30,725 nucleotides of DNA from Myxococcota bacterium (GCA_036229005.1 JAZAMN010000001.1:1-30725); one strand, 5' to 3'. Counted from the first letter of the stretch, positions 1 to 10,698 are shown. Notes: generated by a model from the sequence alone, not told the origin. A program made the numbers and translations.

Positions 1-1908
1 GTTGGGGTCGGTCTCGTGCTCCTTGATCTCCTCGCCGTCCGTCAGGCCGTCGCCGTCGGTGTCGGGGTTGTTGGGATCGGTCCCGTAGACCTCCGTCTCG
101 GTGATGTCGGTCAGGCCGTCGCCGTCGCTGTCGAGCTGGTCATCGCTGCCGTCGTGGGGGTCGGTGCCGTCGTAGAGGACCTCGTCGCCATCGCTGCGGC
201 CGCCGTCGTCGGTGTCCCAGTCGTTGGGATCGGTGTCGTGGACCTTGACCTCTTCGCGGTCGTTGAGGCCGTCGTCGTCGGAGTCCTCATCCAGGGGATC
301 GGTGCCCCACAGCAGCAGCTCCTCGCCATCCTCGAGCCCGTCGTCGTCGCTGTCATCGTCGGTGGGATCGGTGAAGGAGGTGTCGACCTCGTAGTCGTCG
401 CTCAGGCCGTCGCCGTCGGTGTCGGTGGCCAGAGGGTTGGTGCCGTGGGTGTTGACCTCGTCACCGTCCTCCAGGCCGTCGCCGTCCGTGTCCACGTCCA
501 GGGGATCCGAGCCGATCTCCAGGGCCTCCTCGCCGTCGCTGAGGCCGTCGCCGTCGGTGTCCGCGACGTTGGGATCTGTGCCCAGGTAGGCCTCCTCCAC
601 GTCGGAGAGGCCGTCGCCGTCGCTGTCGGTGCTCTCGCCGTCGTCCAGGGGATCCAGGGGGTCGGTGCCGTCGTCGATCTTCTCGACGCCATCGCCGATC
701 CCGCCGTGGTCGGTGTCCCAGTTGCGCGGGTTGGTCAGGTACTTGCGGACCTCGCCGTTGTCGTTGAGGCCGTCGCCGTCGGTGTCCTTGTCCAGGGGAT
801 CGGTGTCGAACTTGGTGATCTCGACGCCGTCCTTGAGGGTGTCGCCGTCGGTGTCCTTGTTGTTCGGGTCGGTGTGGAAGGTGTCGACCTCCTGGCCATC
901 GTCCAGGTCGTCGCCGTCGCTGTCGCTGTCCTTGGGGTCGGTGCCGAAGACCGCGATCTCCTCGCCGTCACCCAGACCGTCATCGTCTGTGTCGGGGTCG
1001 AGGGGGTCGGTGTTGATCCCCAGGACCTCGTCCCCATCACTCAGCCCATCGTTGTCCGAGTCCGCATCGTTGGGATCGGTCCCATAGTCGAGGACCTCCT
1101 CCCCATCGCTGAGGCCATCCCCGTCGGTGTCGGGGTTGGTGGGGTCGCTGCCCACGGCGAGCTCTTCGTCGTCGCTCAGGCCGTCGCCATCGGAGTCGAC
1201 GGTGGTGTCCGCCGCGCCGTCGTCGGAGCCGTCCAGGGGATCGGTGCCCTCCACCAGGACCTCGAAGCCGTCGGAGGCGCCGCCGTCGTCGGTGTCGGTG
1301 TCCAGGGGGTCCGTGCCGTAGGTGTTGACCTCCTCGCCGTCGCGGAGGCCGTCGTCGTCGCTGTCGCGGTCCAGGGGATCAGTGCCGTGGGTGTCGACCT
1401 CTTCGCCGTCGTCCAGGCCGTCGTTGTCGGTGTCCGCGAGCAGGGGATCGGTGCTGTAGACCAGGCCCTCGTCGCCATCGGACAGGCCGTCGCCGTCGGT
1501 GTCGGGGTCGTTGGGATCGCTGCCCCAGGTGTTGACCTCCTGGGCGTCGTCCAGGCCGTCGTCGTCGGAGTCGGCGTCGTTGGGATCAGTGCCGGTCTCG
1601 TTGACCTCCTCGCCGTCCTTGAGGCCGTCGTCGTCGGAGTCGGTGTCGGTGGGGTCGGAGCCGTGGGTGTTGACCTCGTCGCCGTCGTCCAGACCGTCGC
1701 CGTCGCTGTCGGGCTCCAGGGGATCGGTGCCCAGCTCCAGCTCCTCGGCGTCGCTGAGGCCGTCGCCGTCCGCGTCGTCGTCCACGTTGGGGTCGGTGCC
1801 GATGGCGATCTCGGTGCCGTCGTCGATCCCGTCGTCGTCGGAGTCGTCGTCGTAGGGGTCGGTGCCGTCTTCGATCTCGTCGCCGTCGGAGATCCCGTCG
1901 TTGTCGGA
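1..1908 (-). repeat. About 27 tandem ~23-aa (69-bp) bacterial TSP3-type coding repeats, consensus D(T/S)DGDGLxDGxEVxxxGTDPxxx
   Basis: (T/S)(D/N)P codons recur mostly every 69 bp (e.g. 226, 295, 364, 433; 727, 796, 865, 934; 1306, 1375, 1444), with three longer spacings. Confidence 0.9.
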
Positions 1909-4563
1909 GTCCTCGTCCAGGTAGTCGGGGGTTCCGTCGCCGTCGGAGTCGTCGTTGGTGGGGTCGCCGTCGCCGTCGGGGTCCTCGTCCGCGGTGGGCA
2001 CGCCGTCGCCGTCGTCGTCGTCGTCCAGGTAGTCGGGGGTGCCGTCGCCGTCGGTGTCGTCGTCCAGCGGGCTGCCGTCGCCGTCCACGTCCTCCTCGCT
2101 GGTCGGGACGCCGTCGTCGTCGTCATCCGGGTCCAGGTAGTCGGGGGTGCCGTCGCCATCGGAGTCGTCGTCGGTGGGGTCGCCGTCGCCGTCGATGTCC
2201 TCGTCCGCGGTCGGGATGCTGTCCCCGTCGTCGTCGGGATCCAGGTAGTTCGGTGTGCCATCGGCGTCTGAGTCATCATCGGTGGGGTCCCCGTCCCCGT
2301 CGATGTCCTCGTCCTCCGTCAGCAGGCCGTCGCCGTCGTCGTCGGTGTCCAGGTAGTCGTCGATCCCGTCGCCGTCGGTGTCGTCGTTGCGCGGGTTGCC
2401 GTCGCCGTCCACGTCCTCGGTGGCGGTGGGCACGCCGTCGTCGTCGTCGTCCGCGTCCAGGTAGTCAGGGGTGCCGTCGCCGTCGGAGTCCAGGTTCTCG
2501 GGGACCTTGTCGCCGTCGTGCTCGGCGCGGGTCTTGATCCCGTCGTCGTCGTCGTCGCCGTCCTTGTAGTCGGGGGTGCCGTCGCCGTCGGTGTCGTCGT
2601 TGGTGGGGTCGCCGTCGCCGTCCACGTCCTCGTTGATGGTCAACACGCGGTCGCCGTCGTCGTCGGTGTCCAGGTAGTCGGCGGTGCCATCGCCGTCGCT
2701 GTCCTGGTCCATGGGGTCGGTGGTGGCCCCGTACACCTCGTCCTCGGTCAGCACGCCGTCGCCGTCGTCGTCGGTGTCCAGGTAGTCGGGGGTGCCGTTG
2801 CCGTCGGAGTCGTCGTCGGTGGGGTCGCCGTCGCCGTCCACGTCCTCATCCTTGGTGAGCACGCCGTCGTCGTCGTCGTCGGTGTCCAGGTAGTCGGGGG
2901 TGCCGTCGCCGTCGCTGTCGTCGTTGCTGGGGTCGCCGTCGCCGTCGTAGTCCTCGTCCAGGTTGGGGATGCCGTCGCCGTCGTCGTCGCACGCCACGAA
3001 CACGCAGACGTCAAAGTCGGACGCGTCCGGCGAGGTCAGGGTCTCTCCGTCGCCGCCCGCCGTCGCGCCGTTGGCCGGGAACTCGCTCAGGGAGGGGCTG
3101 TCGGTCACGCCGCCATCGCCGCCGTCGAGGGAGGAGGAGAGGCTCGAGCTCGCCGGGAGGGCCACGACCCCACCGCCGCCTCCACCGCCGGGGCCTTCGG
3201 CCTCGACCGTGGAGAGCCACTGGTTGCCGCCCGCGCCTCCTTGCACCGAGAGCCCGACCGAGGTCACCGTGTCCGCGACCAGGAACAGCGTCCCGCCCGC
3301 GCCGCCGCCGCCGGGGCCGTCGCGTCCATCCCGCGTGCCGCTGTCGGAGGCGTCCTCGCCGGTGTCGCCGTCCGCAAGCAGGTCACCGCTGCCGCGGATG
3401 TCGCCGGAGACCACGGCCATGATCAAGCCGCCGCCCGCGCCGCCTGCGCCCGCATACCCGTTGTTCCCGCAGCCCGCCCCGCCGCCGCCGCCCAGGTAGG
3501 CGGTGTCCACGCTCTGGGCGATGGGGTGACCACCCAGGCCGCCGCGCTCGCGCCGGGAGTTGCCACCCCAGACGCTGTCGCCGGGCGCATCGGAGGTCGC
3601 GTCCCCGTTGCCGTAGCTGAAGGTGTAGCCGCCGCGCCCGCCGCCCGAGCTGGTCGCGGCCGTCGCGGTGGGGTCCAGGGCCCAGGCCGCGTGGCTGTCC
3701 ATGACGCCCTGGCCCGTCCAGGTGTTCCCGTCGTCGCCGTTCGCGCCCCCGCCGCCGCCGGCGTTGTGGGAGTTGCCGCCGCCGCCGCCGTTGAGGGGGG
3801 CCCCGCGGCCGTAGAGCGCGGAGAGCGCGCTGTACTCGGTCTGCCAGCCGCCGATGCCCTCGCCCTTCATCCCGCCGACCGTGTCGGTGTTGGACAGGTA
3901 GCTGGTGACGTCGGTGTTCGAGTCCCCCGAGGTGTTGTCGGCCTCGCCGCCGCGGAAGCCCAGCCCGCTCACGTCGATCTCGCCGTTGACCACCAGATCA
4001 CCCTGGACGGACAGGGCGACGATGCCGCCCACGCTGCCGTCCCAGGGGTCGGCGGTGATGCTGCCGGCGCTGCCTACGGTGAGGCCCTCATACTGCGGAA
4101 CGCGCACGATCTGCGTGTGGCCCGCGGTGCTGTAGTCGTTCGCCAGCCCCGTGAAGACCGCGTCCGTCTCCAGGGTGATGGTGTTCCCGGAGACGCTGGC
4201 CACGCGCACGAACTCGTAGGTCCCCGCGCCCCCCGTCGCGCTCAAGGTGCCGAAGCTGCTGCTGTCGCTGGTCGTGAAGCTGGCCCCCTGCATCTGGATC
4301 ACCAGCAGCAGGGTCCCGGCGTCCACGGAGCCCTGCGCGTAGGTGCCGCTGCTGCGCTCGTCCAGGTCGCCGATGTCCGTGACCGTGAGCGTCGTGGCCC
4401 CCGCGGAGACGCTGGAGGCCAGCTCGGCGTACTCGTTGAGCACCTGGCTGCTGCTCACGGTGACGCTGCTGCCGTCGCTCACGCCGGCGGCAAACGCAGA
4501 GGAGGGCAGGCCGCAGAGGGTGAGCAGCCCGAGGGCGCCCAGGGGCTTGGTGGTCTTGGACAT
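1..4563 (-). CDS. Large secreted/surface protein: signal peptide, AgmC-like N-terminal domain (Ser/Thr/Gly-rich), then long Asp-rich thrombospondin type 3-like Ca-binding repeats; 3' end lies beyond the window
   Basis: Translated by hand from ATG at 4563 (SD AGGAAGG upstream): [25 protein letters not shown]..., [58 protein letters not shown], then DxDGDG repeats to position 1 (...[21 protein letters not shown]). No stop found in the stretches checked. The + ORFs 16..2271 and 2518..4629 are its in-register antisense shadows. Confidence 0.9.
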   Translation of the reverse strand, partial: MSKTTKPLGALGLLTLCGLPSSAFAAGVSDGSSVTVSSSQVLNEYAELASSVSAGATTLTVTDIGDLDERSSGTYAQGSVDAGTLLLVIQMQGASFTTSDSSSFGTLSATGGAGTYEFVRVASVSGNTITLETDAVFTGLANDYSTAGHTQIVRVPQYEGLTVGSAGSITADPWDGSVGGIVALSVQGDLVVNGEIDVSGLGFRGGEADNTSGDSNTDVTSYLSNTDTVGGMKGEGIGGWQTEYSALSALYGRGAPLNGGGGGNSHNAGGGGGANGDDGNTWTGQGVMDSHAAWALDPTATAATSSGGGRGGYTFSYGNGDATSDAPGDSVWGGNSRRERGGLGGHPIAQSVDTAYLGGGGGAGCGNNGYAGAGGAGGGLIMAVVSGDIRGSGDLLADGDTGEDASDSGTRDGRDGPGGGGAGGTLFLVADTVTSVGLSVQGGAGGNQWLSTVEAEGPGGGGGGGVVALPASSSLSSSLDGGDGGVTDSPSLSEFPANGATAGGDGETLTSPDASDFDVCVFVACDDDGDGIPNLDEDYDGDGDPSNDDSDGDGTPDYLDTDDDDDGVLTKDEDVDGDGDPTDDDSDGNGTPDYLDTDDDGDGVLTEDEVYGATTDPMDQDSDGDGTADYLDTDDDGDRVLTINEDVDGDGDPTNDDTDGDGTPDYKDGDDDDDGIKTRAEHDGDKVPENLDSDGDGTPDYLDADDDDDGVPTATEDVDGDGNPRNDDTDGDGIDDYLDTDDDGDGLLTEDEDIDGDGDPTDDDSDADGTPNYLDPDDDGDSIPTADEDIDGDGDPTDDDSDGDGTPDYLDPDDDDDGVPTSEEDVDGDGSPLDDDTDGDGTPDYLDDDDDGDGVPTADEDPDGDGDPTNDDSDGDGTPDYLDEDSDNDGISDGDEIEDGTDPYDDDSDDDGIDDGTEIAIGTDPNVDDDADGDGLSDAEELELGTDPLEPDSDGDGLDDGDEVNTHGSDPTDTDSDDDGLKDGEEVNETGTDPNDADSDDDGLDDAQEVNTWGSDPNDPDTDGDGLSDGDEGLVYSTDPLLADTDNDGLDDGEEVDTHGTDPLDRDSDDDGLRDGEEVNTYGTDPLDTDTDDGGASDGFEVLVEGTDPLDGSDDGAADTTVDSDGDGLSDDEELAVGSDPTNPDTDGDGLSDGEEVLDYGTDPNDADSDNDGLSDGDEVLGINTDPLDPDTDDDGLGDGEEIAVFGTDPKDSDSDGDDLDDGQEVDTFHTDPNNKDTDGDTLKDGVEITKFDTDPLDKDTDGDGLNDNGEVRKYLTNPRNWDTDHGGIGDGVEKIDDGTDPLDPLDDGESTDSDGDGLSDVEEAYLGTDPNVADTDGDGLSDGEEALEIGSDPLDVDTDGDGLEDGDEVNTHGTNPLATDTDGDGLSDDYEVDTSFTDPTDDDSDDDGLEDGEELLLWGTDPLDEDSDDDGLNDREEVKVHDTDPNDWDTDDGGRSDGDEVLYDGTDPHDGSDDQLDSDGDGLTDITETEVYGTDPNNPDTDGDGLTDGEEIKEHETDPN
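1909..2988 (-). repeat. 10 tandem ~36-aa (108-bp) Asp-rich coding repeats, consensus [36 protein letters not shown]
   Basis: The (D/N)Y(L/K)D motif recurs at + positions 2884, 2776, 2668, 2560, 2455, 2347, 2239, 2131, 2023 and 1915 (108-bp period, one 105-bp). Confidence 0.9.
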
Positions 4564-4639
4564 GGAACCTTCCTGTGGTCGGCCCGAGTGTACCGACCGA
4601 ACGCGCCTCTGCGCACCAGAGAGAGGTGACCGCTCTCTG

Positions 4640-6451
4640 TCACTCCAGCGAGATCGCCTGCTGCAACGCGGCCTTCGCCCGCTCGTGGTCCGGCGCCACC
4701 AGCAGCGCCTCGCGGCAGGCCTGCACCGCCACCCCCTTCTCGCCCGCGTAGTAGGCCGCCACGCACAGGTTCAACGGGTAGTCCACGGTGGGCTGGGTGT
4801 CCGGCACGCCCCGCTCCTGCTGCTTGAGCAGCCAGGCCTGTCCAAAGTCCAGCAGCGCCTGCTCGTAGAGCCCCAGGTGAAAGGCCGACTCCCCCGCCAG
4901 GAACCACGCGTTGGGATCCCCAGAGGCGAGGCGCTTGACCTCCTGGCTGGCCGCCAGCGCACACTGCAGGTCGCCCGCCCGTCTACACAGGTGGGTCATC
5001 CCATCGTTCAGCTTGAGCGCCGTCTGCTCGTAGCGCTCCGGGTCCTGCTCGATCAGCATCCGCGTCGCCGTCAGCTCGTCCTGCGCCTGCCCCAGCAGCG
5101 AGGTCGCCGCCCCGGGGTCCGCCTCCGCCGCCTTGCGCAGCACCACCAGCCGGTGGTTCACCAGCCGCGGGTTGCCCGGCGCCTTCACCAGGTCCGCCTG
5201 GAAGAGGCTGCCGCTGTCCTGCCAGTCCGGGAAGCGCGCCCACTGCGCCCAGGTGCCCAGCCCCGCCAGCCCCAGCACCAGCGCCCAGGCCCCTGCACGC
5301 CCAGCCTGACCTCGCTGGCGGAGGGGATCCAGCGCCAGCGCGAGCATCAAGCCCAGCCCGAGCGTTGGGAGGAACAAGTAGCGCTCCGCCATCGCCGCTC
5401 CTCGAACCAGAGTCAGCGTGTTGGAGGCCGGCGCCCAGGCGATCAGCCCCACCGCCAGTCCCAGCGCGAGCTGCTGCCCCACGCTCCCCCGAGGCCTGCG
5501 CGCAGCCAGCACGAGCAGCCCGATCAGCCCCAGCGCGAGCAGCCCGCTCCCCCAGGCCCGCCAGTCGTCCAGCCCCACCAGCGGGACGGCGCCGATGGAG
5601 TAGTCGGAGAGCAGCGGCAGGGGCCAGAAGAGCTTGGAGAGCGACCAGCCGCCCATCATCAGGGTGGTGCCCCAGCGCTCGGACGCGGACTGCGCGGCGA
5701 ACAGCAGGTTGTTGTCGGGGACGTCGATGCTCGCCGGGTGCTGGGGGAGGAGGCTTCCGGTGGCCTGGAGTCGGAAGGCACACCACGCCCACAGCCCGAT
5801 GCCCAGCGGCCTCAGCCCATCCTTCCATCGGCGAGGTGCGGCGTCCGTGAACACCCACAGCCCCAAGGGCAGGATGGCGAGCCAGACCAGCGCCGACTCG
5901 CGGGAGAGCAGGGCGCCCAGGAAGCACAGCCCGGCCAGCCAGCCCCGCCAGCGGGTGGGGGACTGCACCTGCCGGTGGGCCAGGGCGGTCGCCAGCGCGC
6001 CCAGCGTCACGCCATAGAGCGCGTCGCGGCTCTTGAGGTTGGCCAGGACCTCGGCGTGGAGGGGGTGCGTGGCCCAGAGCAGCGCGGCGCTCGCGGCCAC
6101 CCAGGGGCGCTTGGGGAGCCAGGTCAGCAGCAGGAAGGCGACGGCGGCGCTGCTCAGGCCGGCGGCCAGGATGTGGACCGCGTGCAGCACCTGGACGTCG
6201 TAGTCGCCCAGGCGGGCCTCCAGCGCGAAGCTGATCAGCGAGAGCGGCCGGTAGTAGTCGGGGCCGCCCAGGGCCTTGCCGTCCCAGTAGGCCGAGCTCA
6301 GGATCGCCGGGATGTCCAGGGTGTAGACAAAGCGGTTCTCCTGGATCACCGCTTGATCGTCCAGGGCGAACCCCAGCTCCAGCGTCGGCCAGGCCAGCGC
6401 GCAGGTCAGCAGCGCCAGCAGCAGCGGGATCCAGGGTCTCAGGCGTTCCAC
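4640..6451 (-). CDS. TMTC-like GT-C family membrane glycosyltransferase (putative protein O-mannosyltransferase) with C-terminal TPRs
   Basis: [13 protein letters not shown] (acidic DD after TM1), [34 protein letters not shown], RxxDWQDxxSLF, about 10 hydrophobic segments and TPR-like helices at the C-terminus. GTG start. Confidence 0.8.
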   Translation of the reverse strand: MERLRPWIPLLLALLTCALAWPTLELGFALDDQAVIQENRFVYTLDIPAILSSAYWDGKALGGPDYYRPLSLISFALEARLGDYDVQVLHAVHILAAGLSSAAVAFLLLTWLPKRPWVAASAALLWATHPLHAEVLANLKSRDALYGVTLGALATALAHRQVQSPTRWRGWLAGLCFLGALLSRESALVWLAILPLGLWVFTDAAPRRWKDGLRPLGIGLWAWCAFRLQATGSLLPQHPASIDVPDNNLLFAAQSASERWGTTLMMGGWSLSKLFWPLPLLSDYSIGAVPLVGLDDWRAWGSGLLALGLIGLLVLAARRPRGSVGQQLALGLAVGLIAWAPASNTLTLVRGAAMAERYLFLPTLGLGLMLALALDPLRQRGQAGRAGAWALVLGLAGLGTWAQWARFPDWQDSGSLFQADLVKAPGNPRLVNHRLVVLRKAAEADPGAATSLLGQAQDELTATRMLIEQDPERYEQTALKLNDGMTHLCRRAGDLQCALAASQEVKRLASGDPNAWFLAGESAFHLGLYEQALLDFGQAWLLKQQERGVPDTQPTVDYPLNLCVAAYYAGEKGVAVQACREALLVAPDHERAKAALQQAISLE

Positions 6452-6491
6452 GGCAACACCCTAAGTCAGGGCCAAAGTGTGGGCCTCCATC

Positions 6492-6519
6492 TTGACACTT
6501 GACGCGTCAAGGCTATGCT
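6492..6519 (+). promoter_or_regulatory. Sigma70-type promoter, TTGACA-N16-TATGCT, with palindrome CTTGACGCGTCAAG in the spacer
   Basis: TTGACA at 6492-6497, TATGCT at 6514-6519, perfect 14-bp palindrome at 6498-6511; lies 28 bp before ATG 6548. Confidence 0.6.
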
Positions 6520-6547
6520 TCGAGCAAAGCATCCTTGGAGTGCGCAC

Positions 6548-7141
6548 ATGTCCCTGCTTCTGCTGTCCAGCCTCGCCTTCGCCGGAAAGAAGGAGATCAC
6601 CATCGAGGTGCCCCTCCCCAGCGAGGAGACCGTCGACAACGCCACCTACACCAGCTCCACCAGCGAGTGGCGCGCCCGCTACGCCCGCCTGGTCACGCCC
6701 CTGCGCGGCAACGACCCGCACGTGAGCTGCAGCCTGGACGGCCGCTGGCTCACCGCCGAGCTCAAGTTCCACGGCGACGAGATCCCCACCCAGGACGCCT
6801 CCTACATCTGCGAGAACGACGACCTGCGCGTGATCGTGGTCGCCACCCTCTCCGGTGAGGGCTGGGCCGAGGACGACGCCAAGCTGGCCGACGGTCGCCT
6901 GGTGCTCCCCCGCCACCGCGGTCAGCTCCAGCGCGCCCAGGTCGAGCTCCCCGTTCAGGGCCTGGTCGATGGTCAGGTCGTGGCCGACGTGCGCGGCGTG
7001 GCTTGCGCGGTCGACGCCACGGAAGAGGGCGCCACCGTCTCCGTGCGCGTGCGCGGTCGGGTCCGGGCCGAAGAGGCCACCTGCACCCTCCCCACCCAGG
7101 ACGGGGCCGGATACGAGCTGGGCATCGACCTGGAGGGCTGA
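6548..7141 (+). CDS. Hypothetical secreted protein
   Basis: ATG 6548 follows GGAG. Short signal MSLLLLSSLAFA, beta-rich sequence with four Cys, GC3-biased codons. Confidence 0.75.
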   Translation: MSLLLLSSLAFAGKKEITIEVPLPSEETVDNATYTSSTSEWRARYARLVTPLRGNDPHVSCSLDGRWLTAELKFHGDEIPTQDASYICENDDLRVIVVATLSGEGWAEDDAKLADGRLVLPRHRGQLQRAQVELPVQGLVDGQVVADVRGVACAVDATEEGATVSVRVRGRVRAEEATCTLPTQDGAGYELGIDLEG

Positions 7142-7215
7142 TCTCTGCCCGGGGCAGGAAATGGATGGGCCCCTCTTCTCGTATTCTTGATGCCTGAAGA
7201 CAGGAGGCTCATCCC

Positions 7216-7587
7216 TTGACCCAACCCCTCGCCCAGCAAGATCAAACGGTCAGCGACAACGACAAGCTCATCGCTGCCCTCGGCCACGGTCTGAACTTCA
7301 TCGAGGGCGGCATCATCGGGCCGCTCATCCTGTACTTGGTGCAGAGCAAGAAGAACAACTTCGCGGCCTTCCACAGCCTGCAGAGCCTGTACTTCGGCCT
7401 GGCCTTTGTGGTCATCTCGGTGCTGACCTGCGGGATCGGGCTCGTGCTGGCGGTGCCCTACGTCGTGTTCGAGGTCATCGCGACGGTCCGCGCCTACCAG
7501 GGTGAGTGGTACGTGCTCCCCGTGGTCGGCAAGTACGCCCTGGAGCGCCACCCGCCCCCCCCGGGTGTCATCCCCGAAGGCCTCTGA
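7216..7587 (+). CDS. DUF4870/Tic20-like small membrane protein
   Basis: AGGAGG then TTG start; motifs DKLIAALGH, GPLILYL, AFHSLQSL, RAYQGEWYVLP. Confidence 0.8.
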   Translation: MTQPLAQQDQTVSDNDKLIAALGHGLNFIEGGIIGPLILYLVQSKKNNFAAFHSLQSLYFGLAFVVISVLTCGIGLVLAVPYVVFEVIATVRAYQGEWYVLPVVGKYALERHPPPPGVIPEGL

Positions 7588-7590
7588 GCC

Positions 7591-8478
7591 ATGTCGGCCT
7601 GGCTGCTGGCCGCGACCCTGTGCCTGACGCAGCTTCCCCCTGCGTGGGGCCAGTCCACGCCTCCAGCCCCCGACCTGGACGAAGACGACACCGCCCGCAC
7701 CGAGCCCCAGCCCGAGCAGGAGGAGGAGCCCCAGGGCGAGGTCGTGATCGTGCTCGGCGAGCGCCAGTCCAAGGAGGCCCTGGAGGCCATGGACAAGCAG
7801 CTCCGGGACCTGGGCTATGACACCGTCCGGCGCCGCAACGGCCGCACCATCTACCTGCACGAGACGGACTGGCGGAACAAGGTCATCGTCGACGACGACG
7901 GCTACATGTACTTCCGGCAGCGGCCCCCCCACTTCGTGGCGCCCCCCGAGACCGGCTTCCGCTACGACGACTGGCCGGTCTTTCCCTACCTGATCTGCGT
8001 GGTGGTCCCCACGGCCTGCGTCTCCGGCGGCACCCTGGTCGTGCGCCCCAGCCTCAAGGAGCAGGACAAGGAGCGCACCGTCGAGGCCTCCGAAGACGAG
8101 CTGCGCCTCTACGCTGACGCGCTGGCCGCCGAGGCCCTGACCACCCGCCTCTACGACGAGGTGCCCTCGCTCTTGGACGGGATCTGGCTGGAGGGTGTGC
8201 ACGCCGAAGATCCCGAAGCGGTGCTCGACACCCCCCAGCAGCGCCGCGCAGCCATCCTCGACTTCTGGCTCTCGCGCTCGGACAACCCCTATGGCGACGC
8301 CGTGCGCGAGGTCGTCGAGGCCTACATGGTCTACGTGATCAACGAGTCCGAGCACCCGTACACGCGCGCCGAGATCTCCGCCGCCAACGCCGCCCGGAGC
8401 TGCGCGCGGGAGCTGGTCCTGACCTGGCCAGAGGCGCCCCCCGAGGGGGAGCAGGAGGAGGAGGAGGCTCCGCAGTGA
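7591..8478 (+). CDS. Hypothetical secreted protein
   Basis: Starts 3 bp after the previous stop; signal-like N-terminus, acidic linker, strong coding bias. Confidence 0.75.
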   Translation: MSAWLLAATLCLTQLPPAWGQSTPPAPDLDEDDTARTEPQPEQEEEPQGEVVIVLGERQSKEALEAMDKQLRDLGYDTVRRRNGRTIYLHETDWRNKVIVDDDGYMYFRQRPPHFVAPPETGFRYDDWPVFPYLICVVVPTACVSGGTLVVRPSLKEQDKERTVEASEDELRLYADALAAEALTTRLYDEVPSLLDGIWLEGVHAEDPEAVLDTPQQRRAAILDFWLSRSDNPYGDAVREVVEAYMVYVINESEHPYTRAEISAANAARSCARELVLTWPEAPPEGEQEEEEAPQ

Positions 8479-8558
8479 TCCCGGCAGGGATCCCCACCGA
8501 AATACCCCCGCGGCGTCTGCGTAGCCCCATAAACCCTGCGACCACCGGCGAGGTCACC

Positions 8559-9215
8559 ATGGCGCAGACCGGAACCCACCACGTCCAACCCCTCCACACC
8601 GCTCTGGGCGCCGAAGAGCTGGGCAGTCCCCCCCTGATCGGCGCGCCCCGCGTGGTCTCGGCCGAGCTCCAGCAGACGGTGCTCGTGACCCGGGTGCGGG
8701 CGGCGCGGGTGGAGGCCGACCACATCGTCGTGCGGACCGCGGACCTGCAGAACGCCGGCGCGGTCTGGATGATCGTGGCCTTCTTCGTGTCCTACCTCAG
8801 CCTGCCGGCCCTCGCGCAGCTCACCGGTCTGCTCCCGGGCGCCCTGAGCGGCCTGCCGGCGGCCATCCCCTCCTTCATGGTCATGCTGCTGGCCACCTTC
8901 GTCGGGGTGGGGGTGCTCAAGCCGGAGCTGCGCATCCCCCGCCGCGCCGGGGTCGCCTTCGAGCACGCCATCCCGGCGGCCACCCTGGGCTACTTCGCGA
9001 CCTGGGCGCTGCTGCACAACCTGGTCCCCGGGCTGCGGCACTTCTCCGAGTTCAACGGCGTGGAGCTCTTGGCCTTCATGGGTATCAACGGCGTCGAGGC
9101 CCTGCTCTTTGGCGTCGTGCTGGGGTCGATGACCCGGGACCGGGTGGTGGGCCTGGCCCTGGGCAGTGTGTTCCAGGCCGCCTTCGCGGCCCTCTGGTGC
9201 GGGCTCGTCCTGTAG
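8559..9215 (+). CDS. Hypothetical integral membrane protein (~5 TM)
   Basis: ATG 8559 follows GAGG; multiple hydrophobic helices in the C-terminal two-thirds. Confidence 0.7.
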   Translation: MAQTGTHHVQPLHTALGAEELGSPPLIGAPRVVSAELQQTVLVTRVRAARVEADHIVVRTADLQNAGAVWMIVAFFVSYLSLPALAQLTGLLPGALSGLPAAIPSFMVMLLATFVGVGVLKPELRIPRRAGVAFEHAIPAATLGYFATWALLHNLVPGLRHFSEFNGVELLAFMGINGVEALLFGVVLGSMTRDRVVGLALGSVFQAAFAALWCGLVL

Positions 9216-9249
9216 TTCTCCGAGTCCCGAGCTCCGCCACCAGGCAGAA

Positions 9250-10698
9250 CTATTCCCCGAAGTCCTCGATCTTGAGCACCACCGGCAGCACCAGCCGGCT
9301 GGTCTTGGGGCCTGAAGGCTCCCCGGGCTCCATGTAGCCGCGGGACAGGAACACCGGGTGGGAGTCCAGGCCCAGGCCGGGGAACTCCACGGGCACCTCG
9401 GTGCACGCGTCGGCGATGGGGCCCTCCGTGGGGCACTCGCGGGCGAACCACCAGGCAAAGAGCAGGTCGGCGTCCGGGTGCTCGGGCAGCAGGATCTGCG
9501 CGGTCCCCGGCATGTCCGGGCTGGCCGCGTTCTTCACGCCGATGAACTTGTCGGGCTCGTAGATGGACACGTTGGAGTAGGTGGCCGTCCCCGTGGCTTG
9601 GTGATTCACCCCCAGCACGAGGTAGGCCTCGCCCTCGCCCAGGCTGCGCAGCGAGGGGGTCAGCGCGTAGGAGGTGTCCGGGTTGTCGCCAAAGCAGCGG
9701 TGGTTCAGGCGGATGCAGGTGCGCCCGAACACCGGCGCCGAGGTGCTGGGGGCGTTCACCCGCCGGGCGCTGGGCCAGGCCTCCTTGGCGGCGTCCTCCA
9801 GGGCCTCCAGGGCGGGCTCCAGGGGCGCCTCGATGGAGGCGTCGGTGTCGCGCTCGGCGATCTCGGAGACCGGCAGCGGGTCGTGCTCCCGCTCGGTGTG
9901 CGGCGTGATGCGCAGGATGGTGACCGGGGGCTGCTCGCGGTAGGCGGCCAGCGCCGCGGGGTCTTCGGGCAGGGCCACGCGGAACAGCACGCCCAGCACG
10001 TCGTCGCTGGGGGCGCCCCCCATGGTGATCAGCTCGGAGGGGAGGGGATCCAGGTTCACGATGTCGGGGGAGACCCCCGCGCCGCCCAGGGCCATCAGCA
10101 CGTCGCGCCAGGTGTTGGCGTCCGCGGTGTGCACGATCGCGGTCTCCTGGTCAAAGGCCCCCGCGTAGCTGCCGTCGGAGTCCACCCGCAGGGTCACCGG
10201 GTTCAGGCTGTTGTTCAGGCTGGCGAAGATGTCCTTCCCGTCCCGCGAGTACACGTAGGAGGTCAGGCCGAAGTACTCGGCCGGGGGCGGGGTGCGGCCC
10301 AGCAGCAGCACAGCCTCATCCGGGCGCAGGCGCCACATGGTGGAGTTGGGGTTGCCCGGGAACACGAAGCCGTCAAAGGGCTCGACCCCCTCGGGCACAG
10401 GCAGCGCGTACATCCCGTAGGGGCTGGCCGGGTTGTTCCCGTAGCAGCTCTGCAGGTGCTCGCAGTCCTCGATGTCCAGGAAGAAGAGCTCGCCCGGGGC
10501 CACGTCGTAGCCGGCCTCCTCCAGCAGGGTGGTCAGCGCCGCGACCTCGGCGGCGTGCTCTGGATCGCCGCTGGTGTCGCCAGGCGTCCCCGAGAGCGAG
10601 GCGGTGTCGGACTGGGCGGTCGCGAGCGCCCCGGAGGGGCTGGAGCTGTGCTCGGCGCAGCCCAGGGCGGCCAGGAGGACAAGGATGGAGGCAGACAT
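9250..10698 (-). CDS. Uncharacterised Cys-containing lipoprotein
   Basis: MSASILVLLAALGC lipobox-like signal, Ser/Thr linker, then a globular domain (CYGNNPASPYG, GRTPPPAEYFG, CFGDNPDT). SD GGAG. Confidence 0.8.
   Translation of the reverse strand: MSASILVLLAALGCAEHSSSPSGALATAQSDTASLSGTPGDTSGDPEHAAEVAALTTLLEEAGYDVAPGELFFLDIEDCEHLQSCYGNNPASPYGMYALPVPEGVEPFDGFVFPGNPNSTMWRLRPDEAVLLLGRTPPPAEYFGLTSYVYSRDGKDIFASLNNSLNPVTLRVDSDGSYAGAFDQETAIVHTADANTWRDVLMALGGAGVSPDIVNLDPLPSELITMGGAPSDDVLGVLFRVALPEDPAALAAYREQPPVTILRITPHTEREHDPLPVSEIAERDTDASIEAPLEPALEALEDAAKEAWPSARRVNAPSTSAPVFGRTCIRLNHRCFGDNPDTSYALTPSLRSLGEGEAYLVLGVNHQATGTATYSNVSIYEPDKFIGVKNAASPDMPGTAQILLPEHPDADLLFAWWFARECPTEGPIADACTEVPVEFPGLGLDSHPVFLSRGYMEPGEPSGPKTSRLVLPVVLKIEDFGE

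Noticed and set aside
2260..2520. Possible frameshift between the two shadow ORFs
   Set aside because: The minus frame is open across it; the + strand TGA at 2269 is a Ser codon on the coding strand.
1..2988. Periodic 69/108-bp repeats as a CRISPR array or non-coding repeat array
   Set aside because: Units are degenerate, in frame and vary at synonymous sites; there is no invariant repeat plus spacer and no cas gene.
16..4629. Long Val/Gly-rich + strand ORFs (16..2271 and 2518..4629)
   Set aside because: In-register antisense shadows of the Asp-rich minus-strand gene (GTC is the reverse complement of GAC).
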